Shown here piece by piece: positions 26,211 through 40,044 of a stretch of DNA of 64,000 nt; positions within the stretch are counted from its first letter, which is position 1; every line of letters starts with the position of its first letter. The notes beneath the pieces are model-generated. The model worked only from the letters and a program-made list of their open reading frames with translations. It searched no databases and was not told where the DNA came from. Origin of the DNA: Bugula neritina (taxonomy: Eukaryota; Animalia; Bryozoa); the NCBI GenBank assembly GCA_964035545.1, contig OZ037768.1:2884741-2948740 (forward strand), in the 5' to 3' direction. Both the position numbers and the translations under genes were made by a program.

Positions 26211-26804
26211 TCATTCATTGCTGTTGCATATTGATATTGATATTTATTTTTGTTAGATTTTTAAGCAGTAAATGTAATACTAATACAGTAATAGTTTTCA
26301 AAGATTGTGCTATTTGGGAGACTGTGTAACTTATCACTTACTATTCTCTTTAAGGTTGATTTGTTGGTGCTATGAGTAAGTGGCCACTCTTTCCTGCTAG
26401 GTGAGTTTCTATCAATGCAGGAAGTTTTCAAACTATAGGTACTGCTGACAAATTAGCAATATTTTATGACAGGTAACTACCATTTACAATAATAATAATG
26501 GTACTTACAAATGTTTTTTTATGAATGTCACACTTGGAATTGGTGTGAGAATTTCAGCCATGACCCCAATTAGTGTTGCTATTGTGAGACTTGTGAGATT
26601 TTATGGTTTATCCATGTTTATATTTAATATTGATGGTGACATGCTAATGCAGAGTGATTAACTCATCCTATTATTACTAGCATACATTATTATCTTTGAA
26701 TATCATTTATTTACATTAGCATCAGTTATTTAAATGTGTGACTAATATATTTGTTAAAAGTCTAATTGAGATTTTCAACTGTAGGATATTCAGTAGTTGG
26801 CATT

Positions 26805-29800
26805 ATGACTTCTCGAAATCAAATACTGGCAGCTTTGAAGCCAGGAGCTGGCATGAAAGAAGATTTCAATATGTTTTTGCATCATTTTGTTGAAAAGAAG
26901 ACATTGAGGTTAGTATTTCAGTTGGTCAATATATTATTGTGTTGTTTCATGATTTCTATCTCATGCTTTATACTCTTAACATGTTTTGAGTAATCTTTTT
27001 TGTCATGATCTTTCCTAGATAAGTAACAATAGTGTCTCTATACCTAGTCAGTCATTTCCAGGAAACAGGATGTGAATAAAAATTTAATATTGTCTGATTG
27101 TTTAGAAAATGTTCCAATTTCTATAGCTTTTGAAAACCTTGATTAAAATTGTTATTTTTTAAAGGGGAGTAGGTTTTATCTTATAAACATGTGTTTGTAG
27201 ATATGAGGACTTTGCTGAACTGTGGAAAGAGTTACGGATGCCATATTTATTCGCCGGTAGAGTTGACGCGGAGCTCAGAGAGGTTAGTTCGGTTTGAAGT
27301 GTCGGAAAGCCGAGTCATTCAGCACTGAATCTTGCAGTCGAATGAATATAGTTATCAATCAGATGTATACAGTGTTGTGTCGGGTGTCTTCATTTGCTGA
27401 CGTGTTGTTACAGGGCGTTGTATTTGCCTGTTCGTGTGCTATTGCAATGTTCAATTCATCAAACAATATTCAGACCAAGATATGCGCTATCTACCTGCTC
27501 TACGCCACATACCAGACACAATGCCTGTATCCCAAAGCTAAGGTAAGCTCTTCATTTATACACAGTAATATCTGCACCTTGTGTGGATGGCAAAAACAGA
27601 GCTAACAGTAGTATACTTGAACCCAGCTTTATTTATACATGTAGAAAAACAATTCATCTCAGTAGCATGCAGTTGTTATAAATTTTTTTTATTTTGTTTC
27701 TGTAAAATAGTCAGCAATAAAAAATATTAAACTATGAATTGCCGTCATAAAACATTTCAAATGGACTCATGTTTTTTTAAAAGACGATGTAAATGTATTT
27801 AGTGGTTTCCATGTAGTCTGTATGATATGCTGTTTAAAGATCATATGTTGGTATTTATTTTCAGATTAGAGTTACTTCCCCTCAGTTTGTTGCTCTCTCG
27901 AACTTTGTTGATGAGATGGCTGCTGAGCAGCATTATGATTTCGTTTTTGTCTTTACGAGGCTTAGAATGGAAAGAGCATTTCTTTACGTTGCTACACCAA
28001 CTATTGTGAGTGCATGTCAAGACTCAAGATGCTATACTATTAGGTGTTGAAAATGTAACTCTGTGTATTCTTGTAAATGATAAGTGTTAGAAAAGTTTGG
28101 TATTGATTTGTCATTTCATTTAATGTACTATCTAAGTTCTATTATACCAATTGTCATTCACAAGAAGATAGTGTGATAGACAGTTTTTGTTCCATTTTAA
28201 ATATTTTGAATATTAAACTGTAATTGAGAAAAGAATTATTTTCTATGGAGTTGTCTTTCCATTCGAAGTATTGTAAATACTGAGTGTGTTTGTAAACTGA
28301 TAGCAAGGTAGGCTGAAGAAGAACCAGGCAGATGTGAGCAAAGTGAGAGATCTGCTGCCCACGAGTATTGTCACCACTTTCTCTGACCTGTCCTTGGACC
28401 TGATAGAGGTGACTCATCCCCATATTACCTGCTCTCTCTCAGTATCCTACCTGCTCTCTCTCTCTCAGTATCCTACCTGCTCTCTCTCAGTATATTACCT
28501 GCTCTCTCTCAGTATATAACCTGCTCTCTCTCAGTATATTACCTGCTCTCTCTCAGTATCCTACCTGCTCTCTCTCAGTATCCTACCTGCTCTCTCTCTC
28601 TCAGTATCCTACCTGCTCTCTCTCTCAGTATCCTACCTGCTCTCTCTCAGTATATTACCTGCTCTCTCTCTCAGTATATTACCTGCTCTCTCTCAATATA
28701 TTACCTGCTCTCTCTCAGTATATTACGTGCCCTCTCTCAGTATATCACCTGCTCTCCCTCAGTATATTACCTGCTCTCTCTATATTTTACCTGCTCTCTC
28801 TCTCTTAGTATATTACCTGCACAAAGTGTATCACCTCTTTCTCAGTTGACTGTTGAGAGATTTTCAAGTTATTTCCTTAACTCAAGTCTATATATTTGAA
28901 AGTATTTATGTATGATGGTTTATTAACATATTTTAGTAAAAGCCTTTTAGCTGTTCTCCCATAATGTAACTTCAATGTTTTCAGTAGAAAATTACTATTC
29001 CTTTGAGAAGTAACTAATTTTCCATTAGCTTAAATCACCTAAACTGGTCACCTAAACTCCAAGATCAGCATCATAAAGGATATAAACAAAAGACACAAGT
29101 TTTATCAGTTGATTTACTACCAACTCTCTTATTATTGACCCATTATAACACAACTGAGCTGTGTTCTAGGATCTGGCAGCTGTGAATGAAGAATACTATA
29201 GAGTAAAATGTGTAGCCACTAATCCTACCGAAACTTCTACATCTGAGGGTGTTGCTGTTCCCGCCACGTCACCTCATCCTTCAGTTGACTTGGCTAAGCC
29301 CGAGTTCATCAGAGATATCACCAGGTTAGAGCTGCAGGTTTACTTTGACGGGTTCTGTAGGTGTTACATGGGATACTGTAGGTGTTACATGGTATACTGC
29401 AGGTGTTACATGGTATACTGCAGGTGTTACATGGTATACTGTACGTGTTACATGGAATACTGCAGGTGTTACATGGTATACTGTGGGTGTTACATGGAAT
29501 ACTGTAGGTGTTACATGGTATACTGTGGGTGTTACATGGTATACTGTAGGTGTTACATGGAATACTGCAGGTGTTACATGGAATACTGTAGGTGTTACAT
29601 GGTATACTGCAGGTGTTACATGGGATACTGTACGTGTTACATGGAATACTGTAGGTGGTACATGGGATACTGTAGGTGTTTCATGGGATACTGCAGGTAC
29701 TACATGGGATACTGCAGGTGCTCCATGCTGCCATCTTTGTATCTTTGATGCTACAGGTTATGGAAAACAAGTATAGCTGATTGTAGATCTCTCAGTATTT

Positions 29801-31087
29801 TTTTATTTTAGACAACTTGCTCAGTTTGACAACTGGAGAAAAACTGGACAATTGAAGAAAAAGGTATTAGCAATCATGTTTTATATTGCAGTGTATGCTT
29901 TGTACATATTCAACACTTTCTAAATAATCAACAGTATGATACCTGATTAATATTGTACTAAGTAGAACTTTGAAGGTTTGAGAGAAAATCATAACTTGAA
30001 ATTTAAAGTTGATGCTAAGTTATGAATTAGCTACTTGTACAGTAATATTTCATTCAGTTATGAGTTTCATATGGTTTGAAATGTTACTACTCTATGTAAT
30101 ATATATAGTTAAATTTTATCACTGTTTGCTGTCACTGTTTGCTGTCACATGCAGGTGTCCAGACGGAGGACAAGTGTCAGCGGTGTTACCACGTCTGAGT
30201 CAGAGGGAGATAATCTGTCCGACTCAGATTCTGCGCCAGACGTGCAGGAAAATGTGGGTGAGAAGAGGCGAAAGATCCGAGACAGGGCCTTTGGTTTCGT
30301 GGCAAGCGACAGGCGATCCACCCGTTACCGCAAGATGGTTTCTGGGTCTATAAAGTCACCGGATGAGGCGGCTGCATCTGCCAGGTCAGTCTACTAGTCT
30401 TCTTTTTGGTAAATGCTTCTAGTTTGGAAAAACTTTTCATGTAAAAGTTGCAGAAGTTGTATTTGAAGCTCAACACAGCTATTGTACTGAAATGCATGTC
30501 TTAGCTGGCTGTTGTCTCCGCAGTTAAAGTTAGGGATTGCATCACACTATTTGTTGTCTATATTCTTCCTGCAAGTTGTTTGTCTGCAGATGGGGGTGCT
30601 AACAGTTGTCTCGACGCGTTCAATCAAATCTGTCGGATGGCCCCAGTTCTTATTCATCAACTTTTACTCAACTGCTCTGACTTGACTGTAATTCTTCCAT
30701 ACCTCTACCTCTATCCTTGGCACTAATTACATCACTCACTAGCATTACTTACTCACTCACATTATATGACTCACTAGCATTACTTACTCACTCACATTAT
30801 ATGACTCACTAGCATTACTTACTCACTCACAGTATATGACTCACTAGTAGTATAGTTATACATGTTGCAGTGCCCAATCTCCCCCCAAAGCCACCAGAAC
30901 TCAACGTAAACACAAACTCACTCTGCTAGAGATGGAAGATGTCACCAACACAAACACCTATCTACAAACAATAACTGCGCCGTCTAGAAAGGGCAAAGGT
31001 AAACGTCATCAGAAGGCCAAGGTCCAACAAGTGGCAACTTCTGCTGTTCCCATGACTCATGGCATGGAGAGTGGTAGTGATGGCTAG
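26805..31087 (+). CDS. SNAPC1: snRNA-activating protein complex subunit 1 (SNAP43); exons 26805-26908, 27201-27282, 27414-27542, 27865-28005, 28304-28408, 29170-29324, 29812-29863, 30155-30384, 30871-31087
   Basis: LRYEDFAELWKEL..LFAGR..AIYLLYATYQTQCLYPKAKIRVT..QHYDFVFVFTRLRMERAFLY matches the SNAPC1 conserved domain (RFEDFTELW, ALYLLYGLYNTQ, QKIRV, RLDRAFHF). The C-terminal exons are low-complexity but phase-consistent. Confidence 0.88.
28423..28820. repeat. ~21-25-bp minisatellite (TATTACCTGCTCTCTCTCAG)
   Basis: About 17 units starting ~15 bp after a SNAPC1 splice donor. Confidence 0.9.
29355..29720. repeat. 21-bp minisatellite (GGTGTTACATGGAATACTGTA)
   Basis: About 17 units in a SNAPC1 intron; source of the CRCYMVY and GVTWYTA ORFs. 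Confidence 0.92.
30735..30848. repeat. 34-bp tandem repeat x3 (ACTCACTAGCATTACTTACTCACTCACATTATATG-like)
   Basis: Three near-identical copies before the last SNAPC1 exon. Confidence 0.8.
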
Positions 31088-31748
31088 CGGTGCTGATACC
31101 TTTTGTGTTGACACCTTCTGTGCTGATACCTTCTGTATGCATTGTGTCAGATTCTAACATTAATAGATTTAGCTAACTAAACAGATTTCCTCTGCATTTT
31201 TGACTTGCGTGTAACATGTTAAGATATACTGTAGTATTTTGTTGGTAAGGTGCTATTGTGTTCATGCTTAGTTGTGGGCTGCGTTATTTGATAAACTTGT
31301 ATATTAAAATGTAGAAATGTAAATACAGATATAAATAAGGCATTATAAATAAGAAATTTTATATTTTTAAGCAATGTATCGGCATTTCTGAAAATAGAGG
31401 TTAACTATATTCTACATTTACTATTTTTCTAAAATTACATAGTCAACTCGTATTATGCTGTATTCACAAAACCTGTGTAACTATCTACTTTTGTATTACA
31501 TGTTTATGCAGTGTGTAAAGTTACCATAAATGAAAAAAAATAAAAATAAAATAAAACATTTTTAGTTATTTTTTTAATTCTGTTAATTCCGATAGCGATA
31601 TAGAATTTATATTTTACAAAAATAATGTAAGAATTATACTATAAACATTATCAACATAGAACTTGAGACTGGGGTTAGTCATAGTAGAGTGTCCTATGCT
31701 ATAAACTGTATAATAGAATATATGCAATGGAATGTAGAGAAATGGCAG

Positions 31749-34700
31749 TTACTGGTAGGCAATGTTCCCATCATAGTTTCCATATGGGAGATCGTACATA
31801 CGGCCCCTACCGTACCCAGCATCCATGTACTGTACTTTAGAATATGGGCGTTGAGGAGCAAGGTATGGTGTAGCATAGCCATAGGCAGCGTGAGTCATGT
31901 CTACGTACTCCACACTGGCTGGAGCAATTGGTTGCTGACGGGATTCGTAAGTCAGCCATATTGCTAGTAATATCACCATCAGGGTCAGCACCAGCCCCCA
32001 CACTATCAGTACTATTACCCAATTCTCATTGAGCCAGGTTGTCTGTTCAATTGTGATATCTGTAACGTAACAATACCAAAGCTCAGAGAACCATGTGCGG
32101 CTTTATACTATTATGTGACAATTGTGAGTTCTGGATACAATGTACTTTTAGAGACTAAAGTTTCCTTCTGCCAGTGTGAACTTTCTTGGTCATTTAAATA
32201 ATTTAAATTCTATTTGTAAAGATTCATTACTAAAGTTCATGTGTCACACAAAGGTCAGCAATGAGTTCTGTTCACTGAAATGTACAAGTCTTGTACCATA
32301 GTACATAGTAGAAGTTCTGTATCATAGTATAGTACAAGGGCTAAGCCTACCTTCAGATCTCCTGTACTGTAGAGACATCGCTGCGGCGTTCTCTCCATCT
32401 GCCATGAGAATAGTAGTTGGTAAGCACTGAGGGCCTGAGGCTATGGTCACACAATTCTCGTCAGAGGTACAGCTACACTGTGAACTGTCTACAGCAGCAA
32501 TATGCTAATGGATATTTATAGCACAGACTATGATACAGCTGCAGTGTTTTACTATACAAACTTTTAGGTAGTTAATGAAGAGTATTGTCAATTTTTTCTT
32601 ATATATTTATAAGTTATATGTGTGGTTCAACTGTTGAAGTAGACAATTAAGTAGACAAGTAAAATTTTAAACAATTACCTGGAAAAAAGTTACAAAAATT
32701 GTGTTACTGTCCTCCATTTTTTCAGTCACATGTTTTATGGAGCATTGAAATATAGCATATTTATATAGACATTTTCATATCAATGTATAATCAGAGCAAT
32801 TTCAAATCAAGCTTTTTACAATATTAACTACAAAAATGACAAATAAATAACAACAGATTCTCCCCCTTTAAAATACTAAATATATAGTTATTGCTTAAAA
32901 AGCCATAATGTAAGCAACTAAGCATATATATAAAGAAAAGAAAGGTTATAATGAACAGAAGTTATAAGTGTTATACCTATCTGACAGGATCTGCCATCAT
33001 CAGCTAGAGAGTGGCCAGGTAGACACGTACATCTGTAGCTCCCCTCTGTGTTCTGGCAGCTGTGAGCACAGTTACTGGATATACACTCGTCTACGTCTGC
33101 ATGCAACCAAGATAATAGAACTTTGAAAGTATTAGTTTGTGTTGCTATTTGCAAAACAGGTTGTGCATTTGATCTAAACATAATTTTTTTTTAAATGTTC
33201 ACAAAGAATACATTTGTCTTTATTATTTTGTCCCACAAATCGGTTTATAAATAGAATAGAATAGAACTATTATAACCATGTTGTTCGTACGAATTATGCA
33301 TGCAATATATTTTTTTAAAATCATATTGCAAGTAGTTAATAAATGCTAAAAAGACATTTGTTATTTTATATAAAAAAAACCACATAATGGCTGAAAATTG
33401 ACAGTCAATGCTACGAGTATATATAAGTATATATAAGTATATATAAGCACATGATGGGATGTACCAAACTGATACTTTTGCTAGCATAGTTCTCTTCACT
33501 TATCAATGAGCTCTACTAACTCATTACATAATACACAGAACTGATACACACCAACACAGTTAGTACTCTGTCCATCTTCGATTCTGTAGCCAGGGTCACA
33601 TGTGCACACAGGTCCTGTGACTGTGTCTGTACAAGAGCTCGCCCCCGTACATCTAAATGATGGTCCACATTTCACTGCTGCACTAATCACATCTAAAATA
33701 TATATTTAGTAGTGACATGTAAAGCCAGAGTCAGCAGTAACGCAGAAACTTATGATATGTGAGCAAATTAATGTTTTTGGTGGTTCTATAACATTAGGTA
33801 AGTGTACACAAAGAATTCTAGTTATTTAATTTATTCTATATTTACCATCTAAACTCTCTCCTGGTGGGCCCCTTGGGCCTTGACTGCCAGCAGGGCCGCG
33901 TGAACCCCTGTCCCCTTTCTCTCCTTTATCACCGCGCACCCCCTTCTGACCAGAAGCTCCTTGGGGCCCTGGGCTACCTGTAGGGCCTGGCTCTCCAGTT
34001 TCTCCTCTTTCACCTGGTGTACCATCAGCTCCAGGCTCTCCTCTTTCTCCCCTGACACCACGGTCACCAGAAATACCTTGGTTGCCTTTCTGTCCAGTAG
34101 CTCCAGTTGCACCTAAATAATTTCTGGTGCAGATTTAGGATTGTTTTACAATATCACCATGATAATATACTACAATATTATTATATTGGGCTATATTGTA
34201 TTATATTGCATTATGTTATTCTATTGTTTTACGATACTACAGCATCTTATACTATAATATCATCATACTGTCTTATCATACTAGTGCTTTGATAGAAGAC
34301 AGGTTATATCGAGTTCACCTTCTACTCCGGGTACTCCGATGGTTCCATCAGCTCCCCCTCTGTTTACACCATCTATTCCTACATCTCCTTTACTACCCTT
34401 GAAGCCGGAGTTACCGGGAACACCAGTAGCCCCCACTACACCCTTCAATACACAAAACTATTTTTAGCAAAACAAATGTAAAACAACATTGTATAACTCC
34501 CACCCTTAATAATGAGTAATAAGTATTCGGCACTAGTACCAGAGTAAATGTTGCACATGAATGTCTACAAAATTTGCTGTGAAGAAGATATTTTGACAAA
34601 AAGTTGATGCGCCTATAACAAATTCTTTTAGTAGTTTTATCAGTAAATTTACAATAAGAACTCTTACCCTGTCCCCCTGGATCCCATTGTCTCCAGTGCT

Positions 34701-35369
34701 GCCAACGAAGCCCTTCTCTCCTGGATCTCCCTTCTCCCCAATGGAATATATTAACGTGGTGGGCCCCTCAACACCTGGTGAAATAGCATTATTCTGCAAT
34801 GTTCAAAGTCAATTCCTACTCCCATAAATATTGTATATAGTTAACATTTTTAATCAAATAAAGTTTATAAAAAGATACAATATTATAGAATTCAAATCAA
34901 TATCCATTTACTCAAGTAGTGAACTATATTAAGTGTCATTTATCTTTACTTTTAATACAATATTATTCTTTCTCAATGTAAACTTAGAAATCATATTAGA
35001 AGGTGCTTTTACACCACTTTTAGTTTTTATTAGTTACTCAAGATAATAAATAGCCTATGCTAAATCAATCATTTCTTATTAACAACCAAAGCAGTTGATA
35101 GATTAAATTATATGGCCTTTCATTCAAATAAGTTTATATTAACTGTTAACTCAAAGTTTACAAAACCAAGGTTTTAGAAATTTTCTATATTGTATGCACT
35201 ATATCATGCATGGTAGAGATGTGTGTATAAAACTGGCTAGAGTTAGACTATAGTTATGTTGGAATACTAATATTGTGTTATATTAATGACAACCTTTACC
35301 TTGTCCAGCTATCAGTGGCAGGCATGCTAAGAAAAATATGCAAGCACTTGCAATCACTTGACTCTTCAT
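31749..35369 (-). CDS. Type-I membrane collagen-EGF protein 1 (signal peptide, 50 Gly-X-Y triplets, 2 EGF plus a 4-Cys module, TM, Tyr-rich tail); exons 35369-35300, 34774-34668, 34442-34319, 34112-33846, 33692-33552, 33096-32977, 32488-32351, 32059-31749
   Basis: Signal [22 protein letters not shown]; Gly-X-Y exons; [19 protein letters not shown]; calcium-binding [28 protein letters not shown]; [25 protein letters not shown]. The exons splice into one open frame. Confidence 0.85.
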
Positions 35370-37141
35370 CTTGTCTCTCAATAGAAACTATGCCAAGCTT
35401 GTCATAGTGAAAGCACCTGCTAAGAAAGGCGTGGCACTGCTACTACTGACTTACTATACACACTGACTGGAGCATTTCATCAATAGAAATGCATAACAAT
35501 AGCATGTGGAATGTGGGCATAGAAGCGCACAAGCAATATAGAGGATTGCCACGGGTGAATGGCATACGTAAACTACTACTATTATATTATATGAATTTGA
35601 TGCCGGCTTGTACAGCTATATTCGTGTGCTTAAAATTAATTTAATATATTGGGTTGCCTATTAAATTTGATACCTAATTTTCAAGTTTAAAATGTTTCTA
35701 CTGTTTAATGTAATAAAATATATACACATGTACTAATTATAAGTTTTATATTTTCAACAATTCCTTACCTCAAACATAGAGAAAACTTTACTTCTGTAAC
35801 GCAGGGTTCGTTGCATTAAAGTCATAGAATATGTAGCTATTGTCAGATCAGAGAATACATGGCATTTTGTGTTTTTGCAGAGTAGATACTGTGCAATGAC
35901 ATAATATATTTACAGAGAATAATATATTATGCTGGTAATGACTATAGGAGAGTTAACAATTCGACTAGGCTAGGTGTGGTAAATAACTTACCAAGTAAAT
36001 GTAATCTGATATAGAGGTAGTAAATTATAATTTAGTCCCTAGAAAGTCAAAGTTCTTGGAAAATGTACTATTTTTGAGACAGTAAATAATTATGGATGTA
36101 TGAGGTCTTCTTTCCTTTTTATGTTTAACTATTACTTCTGTATTTCACAAGTTATACTTTTAAGATATTCCACCAGGTCGCTGAAATATGGCTCCGTCGA
36201 TGCTGAGGTTTGTCTGTCTCCTTGGGACTTTCAGTCAAATAATTGCTGTGACAGGTTGACGTAACTATAAATTATTAAACCTGCTCCGCCATGGTATGTA
36301 GACTACACTGTATCTACAAAATTCCAGAAAGAATATGGAATACATATTCTGAAAGCCATGGACTTGTTACTTGAGTACAGTTGAAAATGAAATAAACAAA
36401 TCTAAATGAGCTAGGCATCATGATGGTACATGGAAATTGCTTTAGACAAGAAATGCATTATTATACTATAATTTCTAGCTCTTTGAATAATGCAAATGTA
36501 ATATGCTTAGTATTATGGTATTATACAAGTAATTGTGGTATATAAGGATAATTCTACATACATGTTTCGTTCAAGTGTTGGAGTTTGTAATTTTAACCTC
36601 TTCTTACATAAACATTAATTGGTAAACAAACATGAATAAAACTGGCATGTATATATTTATTCAGTCATACTAACATATGGATGATATTTAATATTTATAT
36701 GCTTGATGAATTATACAGATTTGATATAACCTAATGTTTACTTCACTTATAAAACAACAACTAATACATATTATTATATATTATATTATTGTTGTTATAA
36801 AACATATTATACTTTAGACTATGGGTTATGATACAATTAGTGCTGGTATAGCTTATGGACCTTAAAGATCCTTATACAGTCAAAGCCAAGAAGTTCTCAT
36901 CAACAACTCCTTTCCTAGTGCATTGTTTAATCTGAAGCTGTGGGCCAACCAGCAACTTGCTTAGTTGATCAAAGCCAACAAGTTCTCATCAACAACTCCT
37001 TTCCTAGTGCATTGTTTAATCTGAAGCTGCGGGCCAACCAGCAACTTGCTTAGTTGATCAAAGCCAACAAGTTCATGTCAATGACTCCTTTCCTAGTGCA
37101 TTGTTTAATCTGAAGCTGTGGGCCAACCAGCAACTTGCTTA

Positions 37142-38967
37142 CACGGGCTTTCCATGTACCGATCTCAGATCGATCTCGCTAAGATCGATCTGAGAGATGT
37201 GCTCAGATCGATCGTTTTTCCATGAGAGTGTCAAGTTGCCTCCTCTTAGGGGCCATCCATAAATTATGTCACACTTTATTCAGCACTTTTTGACCCCCCC
37301 TCCCCCCCTTGTCACAAAGTGTCACGCTTATATGACCCCCTCCCCCCCATGTGATGTCACACAGATTATGTAAACGCCCTTTTAAGATTAAATACTACAT
37401 ACAAAAAGTACTGATTGAATGGTTTATGTTTAGTAATGATTACAGGCACAAAGTTCAATATTTATGAATGCAACTTTTTAAGAACCTAAATTTATTCAGT
37501 GTATCATTATTATCCAATGACAAGAAAATCATAAACATTATTGAAACCATGCTTGATTTAATAAGGCAGGTCATAAGTTCTGGCCTATAACTGCTATTTT
37601 TACTGCCTCAGTGGTATTAAAGTTCCACTAGACTCTAGAGCATGAAGTCTGTTTTTCAACATCATAATAGTTAGTTTTCTTCGATCCATGGTACTGTGGC
37701 CCATTCCTGGACTGACATGAACCACACTAATGGTTACATTATATAGGTCACAGGTGCAGAGGTCAAGGAGTGGGATTTTTGCTAATTGGTCTGGGGAGGG
37801 GGGGTCTGTTTTTATTGTGCTTTATATTGACAAAAAATACATGTATTTGATGTTTTATGTTCAGTATTAATACATATCTGAAATATTTTGTTTTGGTAAA
37901 ATATTTGAAAATGTGACATCACACATATCTACCCTCCCCCCTGTCACAAACTGTCACACATGAGGGTACCCCCTCCCCCCTTGAGCGTGACATAATTTAT
38001 GGATGGCCCCTTAAGTGAAGGATACTTTAAAAGTATACTTTGTTCACCTATTTGAGTGATTAAAGCTACTACTGTTGAAAACAAGATGGTCGTAGTCTAA
38101 AATTTAATCCCAGCTATAAACTATGTTATGTTTTTCAGATTTAGGGTTGATATGCTATCCAGAGAGTCTAATTACTTGCTATAGAACTGCACCAGGATAA
38201 GTCGAGTGAACGAGTATATATTTTACACACAATAATACATTATAAAAAACGATACAATACATCTGACAATTTACACATCTAATCTATTCAGCACTCTAAC
38301 TTCGACTGAGTTAGCAGCGGGAAACTACAATTGCTGCTAACTATCAAATACGCTAATTGGCTATCCATTGTTCCGGGTCAATTACGCGACCCTACATGTT
38401 GCGCTGCTGGTAGTTCCACGAACCACCACAACTATACGCAGCAAAGCTTTCAGTGTATGGTAATTTGGCCAATTTAAAGTAATTAATTTTAATTTTTGCG
38501 CTTGACAGCTTATATAAAATTAATGGCTGCCTTGCAGGTTATTAATAAACTTACAGGACTGTTGGGCTTAAAATTACAAAAAATAGCTAATGAAACTAAG
38601 TTTTAATAGTCATTTAAATTCAATTTAAATCCTCCCATTTTTTTACCTTCTACTGCATACAATTGAGTTTTCTTAATCATTGTACTTAAAAGTCAAAGTT
38701 TTGGCATCTGAAAAGGTGGCTATCATAATTATTCAATACTTTGCTTAGTAATTATTAATAAGTTATCATTTTTATTAGCAGACAACATTGTAGCGCGCAG
38801 TCTTTTTCTACTTCTCAGATCGATCTGGCGTCTTTCCATGGTCTTATTGACATGAGATCGATCTGAGTTCGAGCTCCACAGACCGACCAGCTCAGATCGA
38901 CGGAGATCGATCTTTTGCGTCTTTCCATGGATCGATCTCCCTGAGATCGGTCCATGGAAAGCCGGTG
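37142..38967. mobile_element. Non-autonomous DNA transposon, PIF/Harbinger-like
   Basis: 27-bp TIRs (CACGGGCTTTCCATGTACCGATCTCAG / CACCGGCTTTCCATGGACCGATCTCAG) and subterminal GATCGATC repeats. It is inserted at the TTA of a satellite unit (flanks TTA / TTT). No transposase ORF. Confidence 0.8.
37249..38010. mobile_element. Nested MITE with TTA target duplication (PIF/Harbinger-like)
   Basis: TIRs GGGGCCATCCATAAATTATGTCAC / GTGACATAATTTATGGATGGCCCC, with TTA on both sides. Confidence 0.85.
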
Positions 38968-39880
38968 TTTGTTGATCAAAGCCAACAAGTTCATGTCAAT
39001 GACTCCTGTATTTCCTTCAAAACTGAAAGCTGCGGGTTAACCAGCAACTTGCTTATTAGTTGATCAAAGCCAAGAAGTTCATGTCAATGACTCCTTTCTT
39101 AGTGCATTGTTTAATCTGAAGCTGTGGGCCAACCAGCAACTGGCTTAGTTGATCAAAGCCAACAAGTTCATGTCAATGACTCCTGTATTTCCTTCAAAAC
39201 TGAAAGCTGCGGGTTAACCAGCAACTTGCTTATTAGTTGATCAAAGCCAAGAAGTTCATGTCAATGACTCCTTTCTTAGTGCATTGTTTAATCTGAAGCT
39301 GTGGGCCAACCAGCAACTTGCTTAGTTGATCAAAGCCAACAAGTTCATGTCAATGACCCCTGTACTTTCTTCAAAACTGGAAGCTGCGGTTAACCAGCAA
39401 CTGGCTTAGTTGATCAAAGCCAACAAGTTCATGTCAATGACCCCTGTACTTTCTTCAAAACTGGAAGCTGCGGTTAACCAGCAACTGGCTTAGTTGATCA
39501 AAGCCAACAAGTTCATGTCAATGACTCCTGTATTTCCTTCAAAACTGAAAGCTGCGGGTTAACCAGCAACTTGCTTATTAGTTGATCAAAGCCAAGAAGT
39601 TCATGTCAATGACTCCTTTCTTAGTGCATTGTTTAATCTGAAGCTGTGGGCCAACCAGCAACTTGCTTAGTTGATCAAAGCCAACAAGTTCATGTCAATG
39701 ACCCCTGTACTTTCTTCAAAACTGGAAGCTGCGGTTAACCAGCAACTGGCTTAGTTGATCAAAGCCAACAAGTTCATGTCAATGACCCCTGTACTTTCTT
39801 CAAAACTGGAAGCTGCGGTTAACCAGCAACTGGCTTAGTTGATCAAAGCCAACAAGTTCTTATCAACAACTCCTTTCCTA

Positions 39881-40044
39881 CTCTGCGTTTCCATTATCGC
39901 ATTATGCGAATGGATTTTTTCATTCGGCTAATGGAAACAGTTACATGGGATGAAACCGCAACTATAAGGTAATGCAAACCACAAACCACAAATAATCCGT
40001 ACGAAGCATTCATTCGCATTATGCGCAGTCATGGAAACGCAGTG
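39881..40044. mobile_element. 164-bp MITE with CTA target duplication
   Basis: TIRs CTCTGCGTTTCCAT / ATGGAAACGCAGTG. Neighbouring satellite units show the empty site TTTC-CTA-GTGC. Confidence 0.85.

Noticed and set aside
29182-29776. Cys/Tyr-rich metallothionein-like (CRCYMVY)n and (GVTWYTA)n ORFs
   Set aside because: These are translations of an intronic 21-bp minisatellite. SNAPC1 splices out at 29324 and resumes in phase at 29812.
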